The notes under the pieces: model-generated
Seen by the model: only the letters and a program-made list of their open reading frames with translations
The model's database searches: none
What the model was told of the DNA's origin: nothing
DNA from: Octopus vulgaris
Lineage: Eukaryota
NCBI GenBank assembly: GCA_951406725.2
Contig: OX597815.1
Span: 203,484,001-203,548,000, forward strand
Length of the DNA: 64,000 nucleotides
Direction: 5' to 3'
Program-made: the position numbers and the translations under genes
Part shown: one piece after another, positions 40,770-54,822 of the stretch
How positions within the stretch are numbered: position 1 is the first letter of the stretch
How the letters are laid out: every line of letters starts with the position of its first letter

Positions 40770-40905
40770 TACACACGTGCGCGCACTCACATACACACAC
40801 GCACACACACACATATTTCTTGTCTTATTGTTATTTGGATCATGTATGTATATATATATATATTTTCTTTGTTTTCTTATTATTTGGATTATGTGTGATT
40901 GTGTG

Positions 40906-40966
<61 letters not shown>

Positions 40967-40980
40967 TTGTCTTATAATTT

Positions 40981-41030
<50 letters not shown>

Positions 41031-41032
<2 letters not shown>

Positions 41033-41194
41033 TAGTGTAGCTAGTGGTGGGTGGTAGGGCCGGTCCGCTCCGGGCAGCACTTTTAAAGGGGCGGAACTTT
41101 TGGGCTTGCTGTAGGCAATGTGCGTGTTTTGTGGGGTCCGAGGGCAGCAAATGGAAGGGCCGCCCCAGGAAGCATACACTCTAGCTAGACTAGT
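41031..41194. mobile_element. Short GC-rich MITE
   Basis: 14-bp TIRs ACTAGTGTAGCTAG / CTAGCTAGACTAGT (13/14 match) around a GC-rich core. Confidence 0.6.
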
Positions 41195-41577
41195 CTATCT
41201 ATATACTTTATATGACTTTGCTACACATTTCCTCCTCCATATTATAGAGAGACAATTCACTAGAGAGGCCTGAAGCCAACAGGTTTTGGGAGCCTTAAAG
41301 TACTTAATGTACTTAATGTACATGTAAGTGAGGTCAGCAGGTGGAGAGGTGGAAGTACATTGCTAACTATATTAAATGATTCCAAACAGGAAATGTCGAC
41401 TTTGGTGTAATTTCTACCCGGTTATTAATATTATAAGATATTTAATGTAGTAGTCTTCTGATTGTAAGATAGTGTGGTATCATACTGATTGTGCCAACTG
41501 ACCACACTCATGCATAATACTAAGTGCATAACAATACTGGAAGACAAAGGAAATGGAGGGATCAAGCGGTATTTAAA

Positions 41578-41807
41578 GGCGGCGAGCTGGCAGAAACGTT
41601 AGCACGCAGGGCGGAATGCTTAGCGGTATTTCGTCTGCGTTACATTGTGAGTTCAAATTCCGCCGAGGTCGACTTTGCCTTTCATCCTTTCGGGGTCGAT
41701 AAATTAAGTACCAGTTACGCACTGAGGTCGATGTAATCGACTTAATACCTATGTCTGTCCTTGTTTGTCCCCTCTGTGTTTAGCCCCTTGTGGGTAATAA
41801 AGAAATA
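41578..41807 (+). mobile_element. Nin-domain-type SINE (family C), full length
   Basis: Family match. Flanking direct repeat GGTATTTAAA(GG). Confidence 0.85.
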
Positions 41808-42509
41808 GGTATTTAAAGGTGCCTTTTAATATCCCTAATAGATATTCTCAATCTTTTTTGTGTTATGGTTTAATATTATTGCTTGAAATGTTTATATATG
41901 ATATTGACGAAATGACATATTCAAAATCTGCTAGTAAGCAATTGTGTTTGTGTGTGTGTGAGTATGTGATGTAATTTTGCTGAATCGTGCCAAGAGCGGG
42001 GTACTTTGAAAAGTGTTAGCAAAAGAAAGGGATGACGTGTCGATAAGAATCCCACTCTGTAACCACAGTTTCAGGTTCACTCTCACTGCGCAGAACCTAA
42101 ATTCGATCACCATACAATATCTAGTGATCGAATTTAGTTGATGAAATGTGTGTAGAAGCATATCTTATGCACTGATTGTATGACAATTGAATTTTCTATA
42201 TATTGCAAGCGATGTTAAACTACTGCCATGCCTGGCAAACGAGTGCCTACCACCGAAGAAGTCCAATAGGATCGAAATCACGTAGTCTGGTGGTCTCGGA
42301 GCTAGAGTGGCAGGAGTTATTTTCCGCTTGCAATAAATATCGAGTTAAAATAGCAGTATCGTCGTCTTTTAGAGAACAGCCACTTTAAAGTGGCGATAAT
42401 ACATACATACATACATGCATACGTACATACATACATACATACATACATACATACATACATACATACACATACATACATACATACATACATACATACATAC
42501 ATACATACA

Positions 42510-42540
<31 letters not shown>

Positions 42541-43036
42541 GTGTGTGACATGTGTCATGTGTAAGTGTATGTGTATGTCTTCGTACTGACAAGTGGAATT
42601 GGCCTTTTTCGCGTCCCTATAACTTAAAGTTTCGGCAAAAGATGCAAATAAAATTAGTACCAGACTTTAAAAAATAACAACATGGGTTGATTTGTTCGTT
42701 TAAAAACACATCAAGGCAATGCTTCAACATGACTGCAGTCCAATGACTGAAACAAGTAAAAGAGCAATCGCTGCAATTGATAGTTAATTCTCTACTGTTT
42801 GGTCAGCTCACTGTTTTCTTTCATAGACTAGCCTGCATGAGAACCGATCAAAATGAAACTAGCGAGAGAGCCTCTTCTATGAGTTACTTGAAGAATCAGC
42901 TAAATCTCCCTCTTAAATCACATCTTATGGTTTAAAAATAAAAAGAAGGAAGAAACATTGAGCAATGCTGAATAGTCATGGTTGAAACACCTTTAATCAT
43001 ACGTCTACCTGAGCAGAGATAAAACAACAGGAGCAC

Positions 43037-43067
<31 letters not shown>

Positions 43068-43176
43068 TTATAGACTTGACTATAGTGCTCGATTTACAAG
43101 AAATAACGGCCAAAACTCCTTCAAATCATCTGTATCCTAGCGTCTTAAAACCGTAGAAGATGCTAAATATTGAATA

Positions 43177-43573
43177 TCTTTATATATAAAAGTGAGGTTG
43201 TGTGCTGTCTGTCTCCTACGATTTAGATTCCTAACTACTCCCACATTTTGCGGTGCAGTTTAACCAAAAACCGGGTATCTTATAGTCGTGATTCATATCG
43301 AGCTCTTCTGTGTATTAGCGCGCGTCTACGATGAGTCTACGATTTAAAAAAAATTTACCATCAATTTTTCCCATTTCTAATGCATTTTTGGCATATATAA
43401 GGGAAGCAACTCTCTAAAAATTTATTATTAAATCTCAGAACGTAAAAAGCTACAGTAACCCCCCCCCCTTTGTGGTTAGCCATATTGAGATGGCTATTAT
43501 ACCCTACGTCTCTAAAAATGCTTATATAGTTATTTCCCTTACAAACCCGAGCAACGCCGGGCGATACTGCTAG
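43177..43573 (+). mobile_element. Non-autonomous Helitron, family 1
   Basis: TC...CTAG, A|T site, 3' hairpin. Matches the other two copies. Confidence 0.85.
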
Positions 43574-43880
43574 TTGCATATATATGTCTGACAATACAGA
43601 TCAAGATATATGATGATCACGGCCTGTTCAATTTAGGGTTAAAATACGTTTGGGGTTAAACAACAACAACAATAACAAACTGAAGAAACAATTTTGTAAT
43701 TAGAACACCATCACAACACCAACTGTTAGGTGGCAGTTTAGTTGCTGTGGAAATAGGGTGTAAGTACTTTACTCAAGGACGAATGACAACGGGGTATGAT
43801 CATGGAAAACTACAAGCCATGATTCCTTTTACTGTAGGAATTCGGCCGTTACGACAGACATAAAAAGAAACAACAGCAGC

Positions 43881-43883
<3 letters not shown>

Positions 43884-43932
<49 letters not shown>

Positions 43933-44390
43933 CGCACACACACATGCACGCGCACACACACACACATGCACGCACACACACACACATGCACGCACACACA
44001 CACACACACACACACACATGCACGCACACACACACACGCACACACACACACACATGCACGCGCACACACACATGCACACACACACACACATGCACGCACA
44101 CACACACACGCACGCACACATACACACACACATGCACGCACACACACACACACATGCACGCACACACACACACGCACACATGCACGCACACACACACACA
44201 CGCACACACACACACGCACGCACACACACACACACACATGCACGCACACACACACACGCACACATGCACGCACACACACACACGCACACATGCACGCACA
44301 CACACACACACGCACACACACACACACGCATGCACGCACACACACACACACACATGCACGCACACACACACACGCACGCACGCACACATG
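43884..44390. repeat. ~500-bp (CA)n/CATGCACG alternating purine-pyrimidine tract
   Basis: Read directly. Confidence 0.95.
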
Positions 44391-44517
44391 TTCTCACGTA
44401 CACGTACACTCATATAGCTGTACAAACTCGCAGATACATGTGCGTACATATGTAGACATGCAGACAGACACACAGACAGATACAAAGAAATACCCGTGTA
44501 TGCATATAGTCATTAAG

Positions 44518-44557
<40 letters not shown>

Positions 44558-45254
44558 TGGTTATGTGTATGTGTTGCATATGTATGAGTACTAAGGAAGA
44601 AAGTGGAAGAGAATGGGGGAGAACGTAGGAGGAGAGACAGGGGAGAGTTTGCATGTATCTCAACGTGTGTTTCTATCTTAGTGCGCGCGCGCGCGTGTGT
44701 GTGTGTATGTATTATGTATAATTGTTCATTATCTAATGTCAAATCATTAAGTATCTGGCTGGCGCCGAGGAAATTCTTATCATTTAAGCAGGAATAGAAG
44801 TAACAACTAATTGTCGGCTAAGTTTTGACAGGATGGCTACTTGCAGTTATAGCTTTGGCCTGTTTTTCTTTCTAGTCGAAGAGAGAAGGTGGAACGAGTG
44901 CATACAGACTGAAAAATATGTTTCAGTAGTGTATGTGTATGCGTATATGTGTGTGTGTGTGTATGTATATGTAGGTGTATGCATATGTATGTATGTATAT
45001 ATATATATATATATATATGAGCATATGTGTAGTTATGAGGGTACGCACACACACACACACATGCATATTCATATACACACGTGTGTTAGTGTAGATTTAT
45101 AGTGATGGCGAGAGTGAGGGAGTAAAAGAGAGTGAGATAAACTGAGACTTCGGTCAATATTGGCTCTTGGCCATGTGTAACTTAATGCATATATATATAT
45201 TTATATATATATATATATATACATAAATTCTGGTTCACCATGTATGTATACCTG

Positions 45255-45294
<40 letters not shown>

Positions 45295-45460
45295 GTTGAA
45301 TATATAAGAAAGATCCAGAGGAACAATTATAAAGGTAGCATAAGCGTCCTAGGAATTAGAGATCACACTTGCATGTGAGTTAAGAAGCGAGACGTGTTTT
45401 GGAAAACATATGAATAATGGAAAATGGGAGACAAACAAACGTTCAAGATGTTAATTAAAT

Positions 45461-45567
45461 CATTTATATCACCATATCACCAACATATGTTTCGATGGAT
45501 GCATTAAAGTAAATGCTAGAGGATGAATAATGAGGAACAATGCATCAATCTCATCAGGGAGGATATA
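45461..45567 (-). ncRNA. Type I hammerhead ribozyme motif with canonical core
   Basis: Minus strand ATATCCTCC-CTGATGA-GATTGATGCATTG...TAATGCATCCATC-GAAAC ATAT GTT-GGTGATAT. Long stem II, palindromic stem III, imperfect stem I. Confidence 0.65.
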
Positions 45568-45625
45568 AACAACAGTGTGCATCGATAAGACATTTTAAGA
45601 GATGTAAGAAACTATAATACATGAC

Positions 45626-45686
<61 letters not shown>

Positions 45687-45695
45687 TACATACAT

Positions 45696-45740
<45 letters not shown>

Positions 45741-46655
45741 CTAGCTGACGTACCTGGTATTTCCCGGGAAAGCGGGGCTTATCCCTTGGTTCCGTTCTCA
45801 TAATTGTTTCGCTAATCCAATAGTAACAATACAAAGTATAAAGCCGTTAAAACGGTTTTTGTGCATTTACAGAGAATACCGAAATGTCTTACACAGGATC
45901 TTGTTTTAGGAATTCCCAATAAGTTATGAATACCTAAAATTGTGTAGTCAGTTATGTAATAACATGAAATAAGTTACCCGATAGTAAGAATTCAAATAAA
46001 GTAACCCTGAAAAGAGATTCAATGCTTTCCCAGAGTATATAGAACTTAAGGAGGAAATACTAATAAGGTATGTATACTAAAATCATGAAGCATGTTATGT
46101 AATAACAGGCTAATGAGATATGAGATAATAACAATTCAAAGTAAGTAACTTTGAAAAGGGTTTTTGTGCGTTCCCAAAGAATATTACACTCAGCGGCGCT
46201 AGTGTTGGTATATTCGTAAATAAGTCACTAACCGAAATGAGTGGATCTATTTAGGAAAATACTATTTACTTGTTTAAGGGTTGTACTGGATAAATTGCAA
46301 AAAATAACTCGAACAGTTCAAATACTAAGAAATAAGCATGCTCTATTTCATTTATACCAAATAATTTAGGAAAATGAATGGATTATTTCCTTTAGCTATA
46401 TATAAGGATCCCTTTCAGGGGCGAATGGGTTATTTCCCTTAGCTGTTAAAATGAAATATATTAGATATATATAAGGATCCTTTCCAGGAGCCCTATTATC
46501 GATTTTTTTCAACAATCTGAGTATGCCATGAGGTTTCTAGACATGAGTTCTACTCACGTGTCAAGTTTCATCAAAATCGATAAAACGATGTAGGAGGAGT
46601 TAGATAACAACTCCACAAACACACCTACAGACAAAATTTTCCAGAGATATATAAT
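45741..46655 (-). mobile_element. Non-autonomous Helitron-like element, family 2
   Basis: Minus 3' end CCCGGGAAATACCAGG..GCTAG|T with subterminal hairpin. The 5' limit is approximate. Confidence 0.55.
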
Positions 46656-47321
46656 GCTTTAAAAGTCAGTTTCAATCTTGCTTGTTTGCTTGCTTGCAAT
46701 GTTAGTCAGCGAAACTGGCGTATAATGGGAAAATACCATGAATTAAGTTTACCCTGAAATGTTAATACGAATCGGATGAAACAAGTTTCGCATAAATGGG
46801 TAAAGTAGTTTTCAAGATATTAGAGATTTTTCAGGGTATAAATACCCAAAACGGTGCATAATGGGAAAATGTTCCGAAAATAATCATCCTGAAAGGGAAG
46901 AAACTTTTAACTTTGTATTAGACAGTGAGTTTTTTCGAGTGCATTCTGTATATTTGGCTGCTATTTCTAGAACGCCCTGCTACCACGTAACAGCTATTTG
47001 TGATAAAGGACCCGAAATACCTGTTGCGTGGTAGCAGGACGTACAAGAAATAGCAGCCAAATATCTCCTTTTCTGGGGACAGTAGCCGTTCACACGTGAT
47101 TTCGATGTCATATTCGTTGAAAGCATGCGAAATAACCTGCAAAACAAAAAAAAACTCAGGAAACAAAACTCCGTTGCTGGGAAACTGAGTTTCCTGCTGA
47201 CCCGACGGATGACAGGTGGTCTAGTACATATGTATAAATACATATATATACATATACACATGCATATGTATATATACACACACACACACATATATATATA
47301 CACATACATACATATATATAC

Positions 47322-47358
<37 letters not shown>

Positions 47359-47619
47359 TATATATATACACATACACACGCATACATATAAATACACACA
47401 TGTACACATACATACATACATACATACATACATACATACACGCTTATGCACATATGGAAAGCAAAGTTGTATAGGGAATGTTAATAATTTTAAAATTGCC
47501 GTAAGGAAATTTGACGTCATTGGGTGAGAGAAGAAGAGAAGGTAGAGAGAAAGAGAATTAAAGGAGAACTGTAGGTATAAGCAAATAGAGAATAAATGAT
47601 GGATGGAAAGGAAAGATGA

Positions 47620-48968
47620 AAGAAAGATTGGCTTCGCTGACGAAGATTAGGAAGGATGCTGTTCTCGTTCGTGGCTGATAAGGCCGTTGTGAGATCGACA
47701 TATCCGATTGCAGTGACGACAGAGGTACAGGTCTAATGAAGCTGCTGCGTTGATTTTTCGCCTCCGATGTTTGTCTTCAAGAGGGTCACTGCGAGAGATC
47801 TCAAAAGAGGAAACATAACTGACGATATGGTACCAAGCGAGGCGGTCAGCTGATCGACTGAACCACTCACGATAATCAATATCACAAACGCTAATGGACT
47901 GCTTCACCCCCGCCACTGTGGCAGTGACCGGTAGTGAGTTCACTGTACATGATGATCTAGGCAGTGGTATTTCATCCTGTCAACATGCCCTGCCCAACGC
48001 AGTCGTGTCTTAAGTGAAATGGCTTCCAGGCGATAGTCAGTATGGCATTCTGTGCTAGGCATCACTCTGGTGTGCATGACGTCAGACTTGTCTCGTTGGC
48101 GCATTAAAACGTAGTCAAGGAGGTGCCAGTGTTCTGATCGGGATGCTTCCAGGTTGATTTCAGACTCTTTTCTGGAAGATGGTATTGGTGATGACAAGCT
48201 GATGCTCGCTGCAGAACTCAAACAGGAAGCGCCCGTTGCTGCAGTTCCCAATCCCATGTTTTCCGAAGACTCTTAGGTTTCCGAATCTCGTGTTGAAATT
48301 TCCTAGGATTATGACCTTATCATCGACAGGAGTTCCCTGGAGGAGTCTGCACAGGTCTGCGTAGAACTTGTCCTTGTCTGCTGGGTCTGCTTGGAGGGTC
48401 GGGGAGTAAACGCTGAAGATCGTGGCATGCTGCTTGTTTTTCACAGGGAGGCGCATGGAGATGATGCAGTCAGAGTGACCTTCTGGTATGGTTTCCAGCT
48501 TGGAGGTGATGGAGTTCTTTATCATGAAGCCGACACCAGAAAGGCGTCTTTCTGATGGGGGTTTGCCTGACGAATATAGGGTGTATCCGGCACCATGTTC
48601 TTTCAGGCTGCATTTCTTTGGGTGCAGGACTCCGCTGAGTGCTGCAATGCCAATATCTATCCTGAACAGTTCGTGAGCAATGAGAGTGGATCAGCGTTCC
48701 GGGCGACCTCTATCGCCTGAGTCAAGTATGGACCTGAAGTTCCAACATGCGATCTTCAGACTCTTGGCAACTTCTGGAGAGTGTGTGAAATCTTCCATTT
48801 TTGTACTTGTGCATGTTCGACCGCTTGAGGATGCCCGTTAGCCGCGGTTTGCCAACTGGGTGTGTAGAAGACGAGCTTCCTTTTTTAGTCCACATTTTCT
48901 AGGCTCCTCTCCATGTGGAGCAAGTAGTTCTCTTTCTAGACAAGGCAGCTTGGTCGTTCGGGATGCTT
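47620..48968 (-). mobile_element. RTE-clade LINE, internally deleted
   Basis: AP-endonuclease motifs (IACWNFRSILD, YSPTLQA, IILGNFN, GIGNCSNG, WHLLDYVL) joined to the C-terminal RLRWAGHV and CRHCNRICRSHNGLISH zinc finger. The RT core is missing. Confidence 0.9.
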
Positions 48969-49284
48969 ATTCTTCATTTGCATGATTATAAACCATGGTT
49001 TATATATAAACCTATTATTTTATGGATATTAACCCCACCCCAATGTTAGGTATTGAATCGGTATTTACTTGTATGATACCATCCCTTCATGAGACCAACA
49101 TAAACTCTATTTGAGGCTGTGGTTGAAGCCAATGAAGATTTTATTGAGTAAATTTACTCTTTAGTATTTCAAGATATTTTTATGTAATTTTGGTAAATAT
49201 ATTTGTTAAAATGAGATGTCAGTATTATTTTCATTTTTGCGTAATTTAGACGACAGTTTACTCACCACACCCTGTATATATATG

Positions 49285-49660
49285 ATTTTACTTGATTACT
49301 TTTTTCAGTCATTTGACTGCAGCCATGCTTGAAGGATTTTAGAGGAACAAATAGATACCAGGACTTATTTTCTTAAGCCTAGTACTTATTCTATTGGTTT
49401 ATTTTGCCGAACCGCTAAGTTACAGGGACGTAAACATTCTCGGTTGACAAGCGATAATGGGGGAACAAACATAGACACAAACACACACACATACACATAC
49501 AATCACACACACACTCACACACACTCGTACACACACTCGCACACATACACACACATACGACAGGCTTCTTTCAGATTCCGTCTACCTGATCCACTCATAA
49601 GGCTTTGATCGGTCCGAGGCTATAGTAGAAGACACTTGCACAAGATACTACGCAGTGGAA
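49285..49660 (-). mobile_element. SINE family A, diverged
   Basis: Reverse-strand family match. Confidence 0.75.
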
Positions 49661-50039
49661 CATACAATTAAAATCTATGAAGACGGTATGGCTGCTTCGA
49701 ATTACTGAAATTCGAATCCATTCGACAAATCACGACAGCTGCTCGACAAAACTACGCAATCAATAATGGTTAGACACTGAACTGTGAGTTACTTTGGCAC
49801 ACACAACTTGTTCAATTGTGCGGCAAAGGTCTCGATGAGCAATCGGTACACACCATTACCAATGTTTCTCTCCATGATTATTGCCTTTCTTTTGTTTATA
49901 TAGAGATAAACTAATCTGTAGGTAACCATGTAATGCACAGACTTCGATCACCTCTTCTCCTCATCTTCGTTTCTGAATACCAGATATACACTTCCTCATA
50001 CTCAAAGGGGAAGAAATACTCCCGCTTCATATCAACTAA

Positions 50040-50835
50040 GTTTCCTTGTAAATTCCTTTTCTGAAGACAAAACTGAAGACATCAACTACATCATTGCCAA
50101 CTGTGAAGGAATGTCTTCCAGATATCTTCCCGGCGTGATGCAGTGGCCAGAATGATCTGGAACACAATAACAACACAGAAAACACCTACAAACGAAGTTG
50201 ACTGTAATGACACCGATGGGTCAAAAGTATGTTGGTGGAACTTAAAATTAAAACAATCACCAAGCTAAAAAATACCGGCCAGATATTATTGTGTGGGGAC
50301 ACAAGGAAACTGTTCTGTTGTGGAACTCAGCTATTCTCTGGACACCAATGTGGTTCAAAAATACAAGAGAAAGAGGACTTCTATAGACCATTAACAAGTC
50401 TGCAAATCCAGTACCCAAGATATACTTTCAGCTTGAAACCTATCATTTTGGAGAAACAGGATACATATCAACCCGCCTGGAGCAAAATATGGCTTAACTT
50501 GGAATCTTGGGGAGAGAACGCAAATCCTTAATTCACACCCTATAATTGATCACGATATTAGGAACTATAAAAATCTGCAAGACCTTAAGATTTAAAGGAT
50601 GATGAAAAAAGATGCTTCTTTCCTTAACAACCTTGCTACTCATACATACATACATACATACATACATACATACATACATACATACATACATACATACATA
50701 CATACATAATACATACATACATACATACCCTGCTGATGTTGTTGAAATTCCAATAAAGGAGGTTTGGATTTAGATTAGAAACCGGCTCTTTCTCTACTGG
50801 CATGAAATCCTGAAATAAAAATAAATAACGACATG
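50040..50835 (+). mobile_element. R4/Dong-like non-LTR retrotransposon 3' fragment (copy 1)
   Basis: Decayed EDINYIIANCEGMSSRY knuckle and PD..E restriction-like endonuclease region (YPRYTFSLKPIIL), then (TACA)n and a 3' UTR shared with copy 2. Confidence 0.7.
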
Positions 50836-50839
50836 CATA

Positions 50840-51421
50840 CAACCCCGAGATCAAAGAAGTAAGATCCTACAGTATGGTAGAAGCCATAGCCAAAAGTACT
50901 GGTGGAATGTCCTAGTGAGAACCTCAATAAAATGTAAACATAATAGACCAGTCATAGTGATTTGATATAGAGAAGAGAAACTGTGTACAGTTGTGGAAAT
51001 CAGCTGCCCAGTGGAGGTTAACATAAAGCTAAATATCAGCGAAAAAGAAAATACCTACGCTGAACTATTGGAAAGTCTATAGTTACTCTATCCAGATTAC
51101 AGCTTCAGGTTTATAACTGTAAGTATTGGGGTACTAAGATATGTAACACACTGCATAAGAACTTATCTTGAGAAATTAGGCTTCTCAAAACCAGAAAGAC
51201 TAGAACTGTAGAAATCTGTAAAACTTTCCAGAGGTTCATCATTTAAATATATATGAACATGTCTAGACATGCAACTATATGCATGAGAATACATGCATAA
51301 AACAAAACATGCAAATCTGCACGTATACATACATACATATATACATACATACATACATACATACATACATACATACATACATACATACATACATACATAC
51401 ATACATACATACATACATACA

Positions 51422-51452
<31 letters not shown>

Positions 51453-51555
51453 CTTGTTGATGTTGAAATTCCAATGAAGGAGTCTCGGATCTAGGTTAGA
51501 AACCGGCTCTTCCTCTGTTGGCAAGTAATCTTGAAATAAAACTGAATTATGACAT
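50840..51555 (+). mobile_element. R4/Dong-like non-LTR retrotransposon 3' fragment (copy 2)
   Basis: HNRP..EEKLCTVVEISCPVEVNIKLNISEKENTYAELL..YPDYSFRF..IG, then (TACA)n, the 3' UTR and another (TACA)n. Confidence 0.8.
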
Positions 51556-53953
51556 ACACACATGCATACATACATGCGTACATACATACATACATACATA
51601 CATACATACATACATACATACATACATACATACATACATACATACATACGTATATACATATATACGTGCGTAAGTATATACTTTTGTAAAAGGCACAATT
51701 GTTATTATAGGAGAAGATGCTGCACGGTATTTGTTCCGGCTTTTTACGCGGTGAGTTGCAGTCTCTTTGAGTTCAACTTTGCTTTACATTCTTCCGGGGT
51801 CAATAAAATAATGTTCCAATCTAGGGCAGTGAAAAGGCAGAATTTAAACGTTAGACAAAATATTATATCACGCTTGTTCCAACTCTTAACGTTTCCAGTT
51901 CACTTGCTATATTACTTACCTTTCGACCACTGTAGTTGTTTCCTCTGGATAGCCTGTTGTCTCTTGTATAACGTTTGTGGTGGGGAGAACAGAGACATAA
52001 TCATGGGCAGCTATTGGGCTTCTATAAGAGTCTTACCCAGGCTTGCGTCCTAGAGAGGTACTTCCAGGTGCAGTTACATGTCCAACACTAATCGACAGGT
52101 ACTGCAGCATCTATATTGGTATTTGAAGTATTATTTAGTCACTCAAACCTTTTTTATGAAAAGAATTCCAACACACTGTTTTGAATTTATGAAAGGCCTT
52201 TTGCTTTGTTCATTGATGTGTGCATGTTGTGTGACAGTGAAATTATGTTGCATTTTGTTGTTGATCCCAAGATGTCACTTTATCACATGTTTTTTGTGTG
52301 TAGCTACTTTGGACAGTGTATCCTTTATTTACTATTCTACGGTAATTTGTTCGATCGTTTAAATAGGCAGTGCAACCGCACTTTGTCATCTATCGTGGTC
52401 GGTAGCTAGATATGTGCAATAGAATGTAACATCTGGAGAGAGTTGTAGTTATCTTGCTAAGGCTTGTAAATGTTTTGGTGTAGATTGCTTTGGACATAAA
52501 AGGAGTTTAGTGGTGTCTCCTGTTGTGCTATCTGTGTTGCAGTTGTACCAGGATGCGTTGTGCGCATTGAAGCCTTCAGAACTCGTGTTGTTTGGAAATG
52601 TATTAAGCTGTTTTATTAAGGTTGCTTAACTTCAGGAGGGAGACAGTTAGCGAAGTTAGAGCGTATGTATTAACATAATATATTAAGTTAATGAGGTTCG
52701 TATTACAGGCTTTTGTTTTGAAATCATATGTTTATGTATGTTTTCATTAATGCACTAAATGTATGACTTCGCGTACGAGTCTTAACGTGGTCACTGAGTC
52801 TAGCATAAATAGCTGACAAAAGGTTTTAAAAAGATAATGTTATATTAGTCAACGATAACGATAAAAAACATCGTTCACAGCTGGAACACTATTGATCATA
52901 TTTGCTCATTCAAAATTGTCTTTGGGATAAACACCGACAATAACAATAAGAAACTTACAGAAACAGATTGCACTGAGAAGATTCAGCATCTCCTGAGATC
53001 CACGCTGCACCACATGCAATTAATTAATCACTGTATGTCAGAATGTGAAGCGTGGTCTTCATATAATATTTGATTCCCAAATTGGGAAGCAGATATTCCC
53101 ACACTAGGACCTATTTATTTCCTGGTGGTAAATTTCAACTATCCAGTGGTTAATTTGCTAATTCTAGATTTGTACACTTTTTCTTACCAATTATGATTTA
53201 GAAAAAACATCTAATGAGATGAAAATTTGAAGCTGACCTATTTTATCAAAAAAGTACTGTTTTTTTCTACTACTTTGGAAATAATGATTTATATTGTGTA
53301 CTAAATAACTTAAAATAACGATGATTAAAAACAATATTAGGTATTTCCTAATTATCTGATAAACTTTATTTTCAAAATATCGCTAGGGGTTAAATAGAAC
53401 ACCAAAAGGTCTGAAACTCCTGTGCAAACTTATTTGACTTGTGGCTCGTACCTAATCATTCGACAAACAAATAACATGACATAGGCCTGCTCGGTCAAAG
53501 CTGATATGGGTCTATTCAACAACTAAGACAAAGTTGTATTCAGCCTGATAGAATGTTTTTTTAGTTTTCTTTTCATAGTATGCTTTACTAAATAAAACGT
53601 GTACTGAGTAAATTTATTATTGAAGGAATAAATATGAAGCTTTTATTTTTGAAGAGTCTATTTGTACTTGGGTACACCAAAGGCTCTTAACTTCAATGAG
53701 TAACAGAGCATTGAATCGGAGAAATAGTAGAGTAACACCTCTTTACACACACACACACACACACAGAGAAATTTTTTGGGTTTGGTACATGTTTACGAAG
53801 TGACTTAATCTCAGATCGTATGTTGAAACTGAAGTAATTATTCACAAGAGAGTCATTTCATTCATTATAAAACACAAAAACTGTTAAAGCTATCTTTCAG
53901 TTGTATCTTAAGGCTTCAACATTTTTATCCTACCATCCCTGTAATTCAATGTC

Positions 53954-54024
<71 letters not shown>

Positions 54025-54607
54025 CATAAAGCATAACTTGAATAGAGTTAACGTAAAAAAACAAACTAATAAATATATAAACAGAAGCAACTTTTTAGCA
54101 CAAGAAACTTATTTTACACTAAATGATCACAAGCACAACATTCCCAGATGTAGCATAATTTTTATCTTTTAGATAGAAAACATGTTGCGGAACTGTATTA
54201 CAGACCAAGGGGGCAGCTGTGAAACGAATATGTTGACACCTCATGAAATAAATGAGATGTGAATTTAGGAACATTTTGTATGTTTCTAAATAGTTAAATA
54301 GCTCATTACATATAATGATATTTAATGATATTCTTTTAATTATGAAAAATGAAAAATTGAAAGTTAATTGTAGAAAATAAATGATAAATATTCATAATTG
54401 CTTTATAATTTGAATTTCTGCACTGCTCATCGATTGTGTGTGCGTGGGTGTTTTACTCGTGTACTCGTTCATTCAGCTATTCAGTTCATTTTCATGCTAA
54501 TGGTCAGCAAGTGTACTGTATTCACAATTTCTCCACTACACCTTTCGATATATAAAACGAAGGGATACCATGATAGTGAATAATACAAAAAAGGAAATGG
54601 TAATCTT

Positions 54608-54768
54608 TAGGAGTGGCTGTGTGGTAAGTAGCTTGTTTACCAACCACATGGTTCTGGGTTCAGTCCCACTGCGTGGCACCTTGGGCAAGTGTCTTCTACT
54701 ATAGCCTCGGGCCGATCAAAGCCTTGTGAGTGGATTTGGTAGACGGAAACTGAAAGAAGCCCGTCGTA

Positions 54769-54822
<54 letters not shown>

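Noticed and set aside
48830-48968. HDV-like ribozyme in the RTE 5' UTR
   Set aside because: A GGCTAA motif is present, but I could not build the nested double pseudoknot by eye.
51470-51522. Hammerhead in the R4/Dong-like 3' UTR (ATGAAGG..GAAACCGGC)
   Set aside because: Core positions 3, 9 and 16.1 do not fit. A simple hairpin explains the sequence better.
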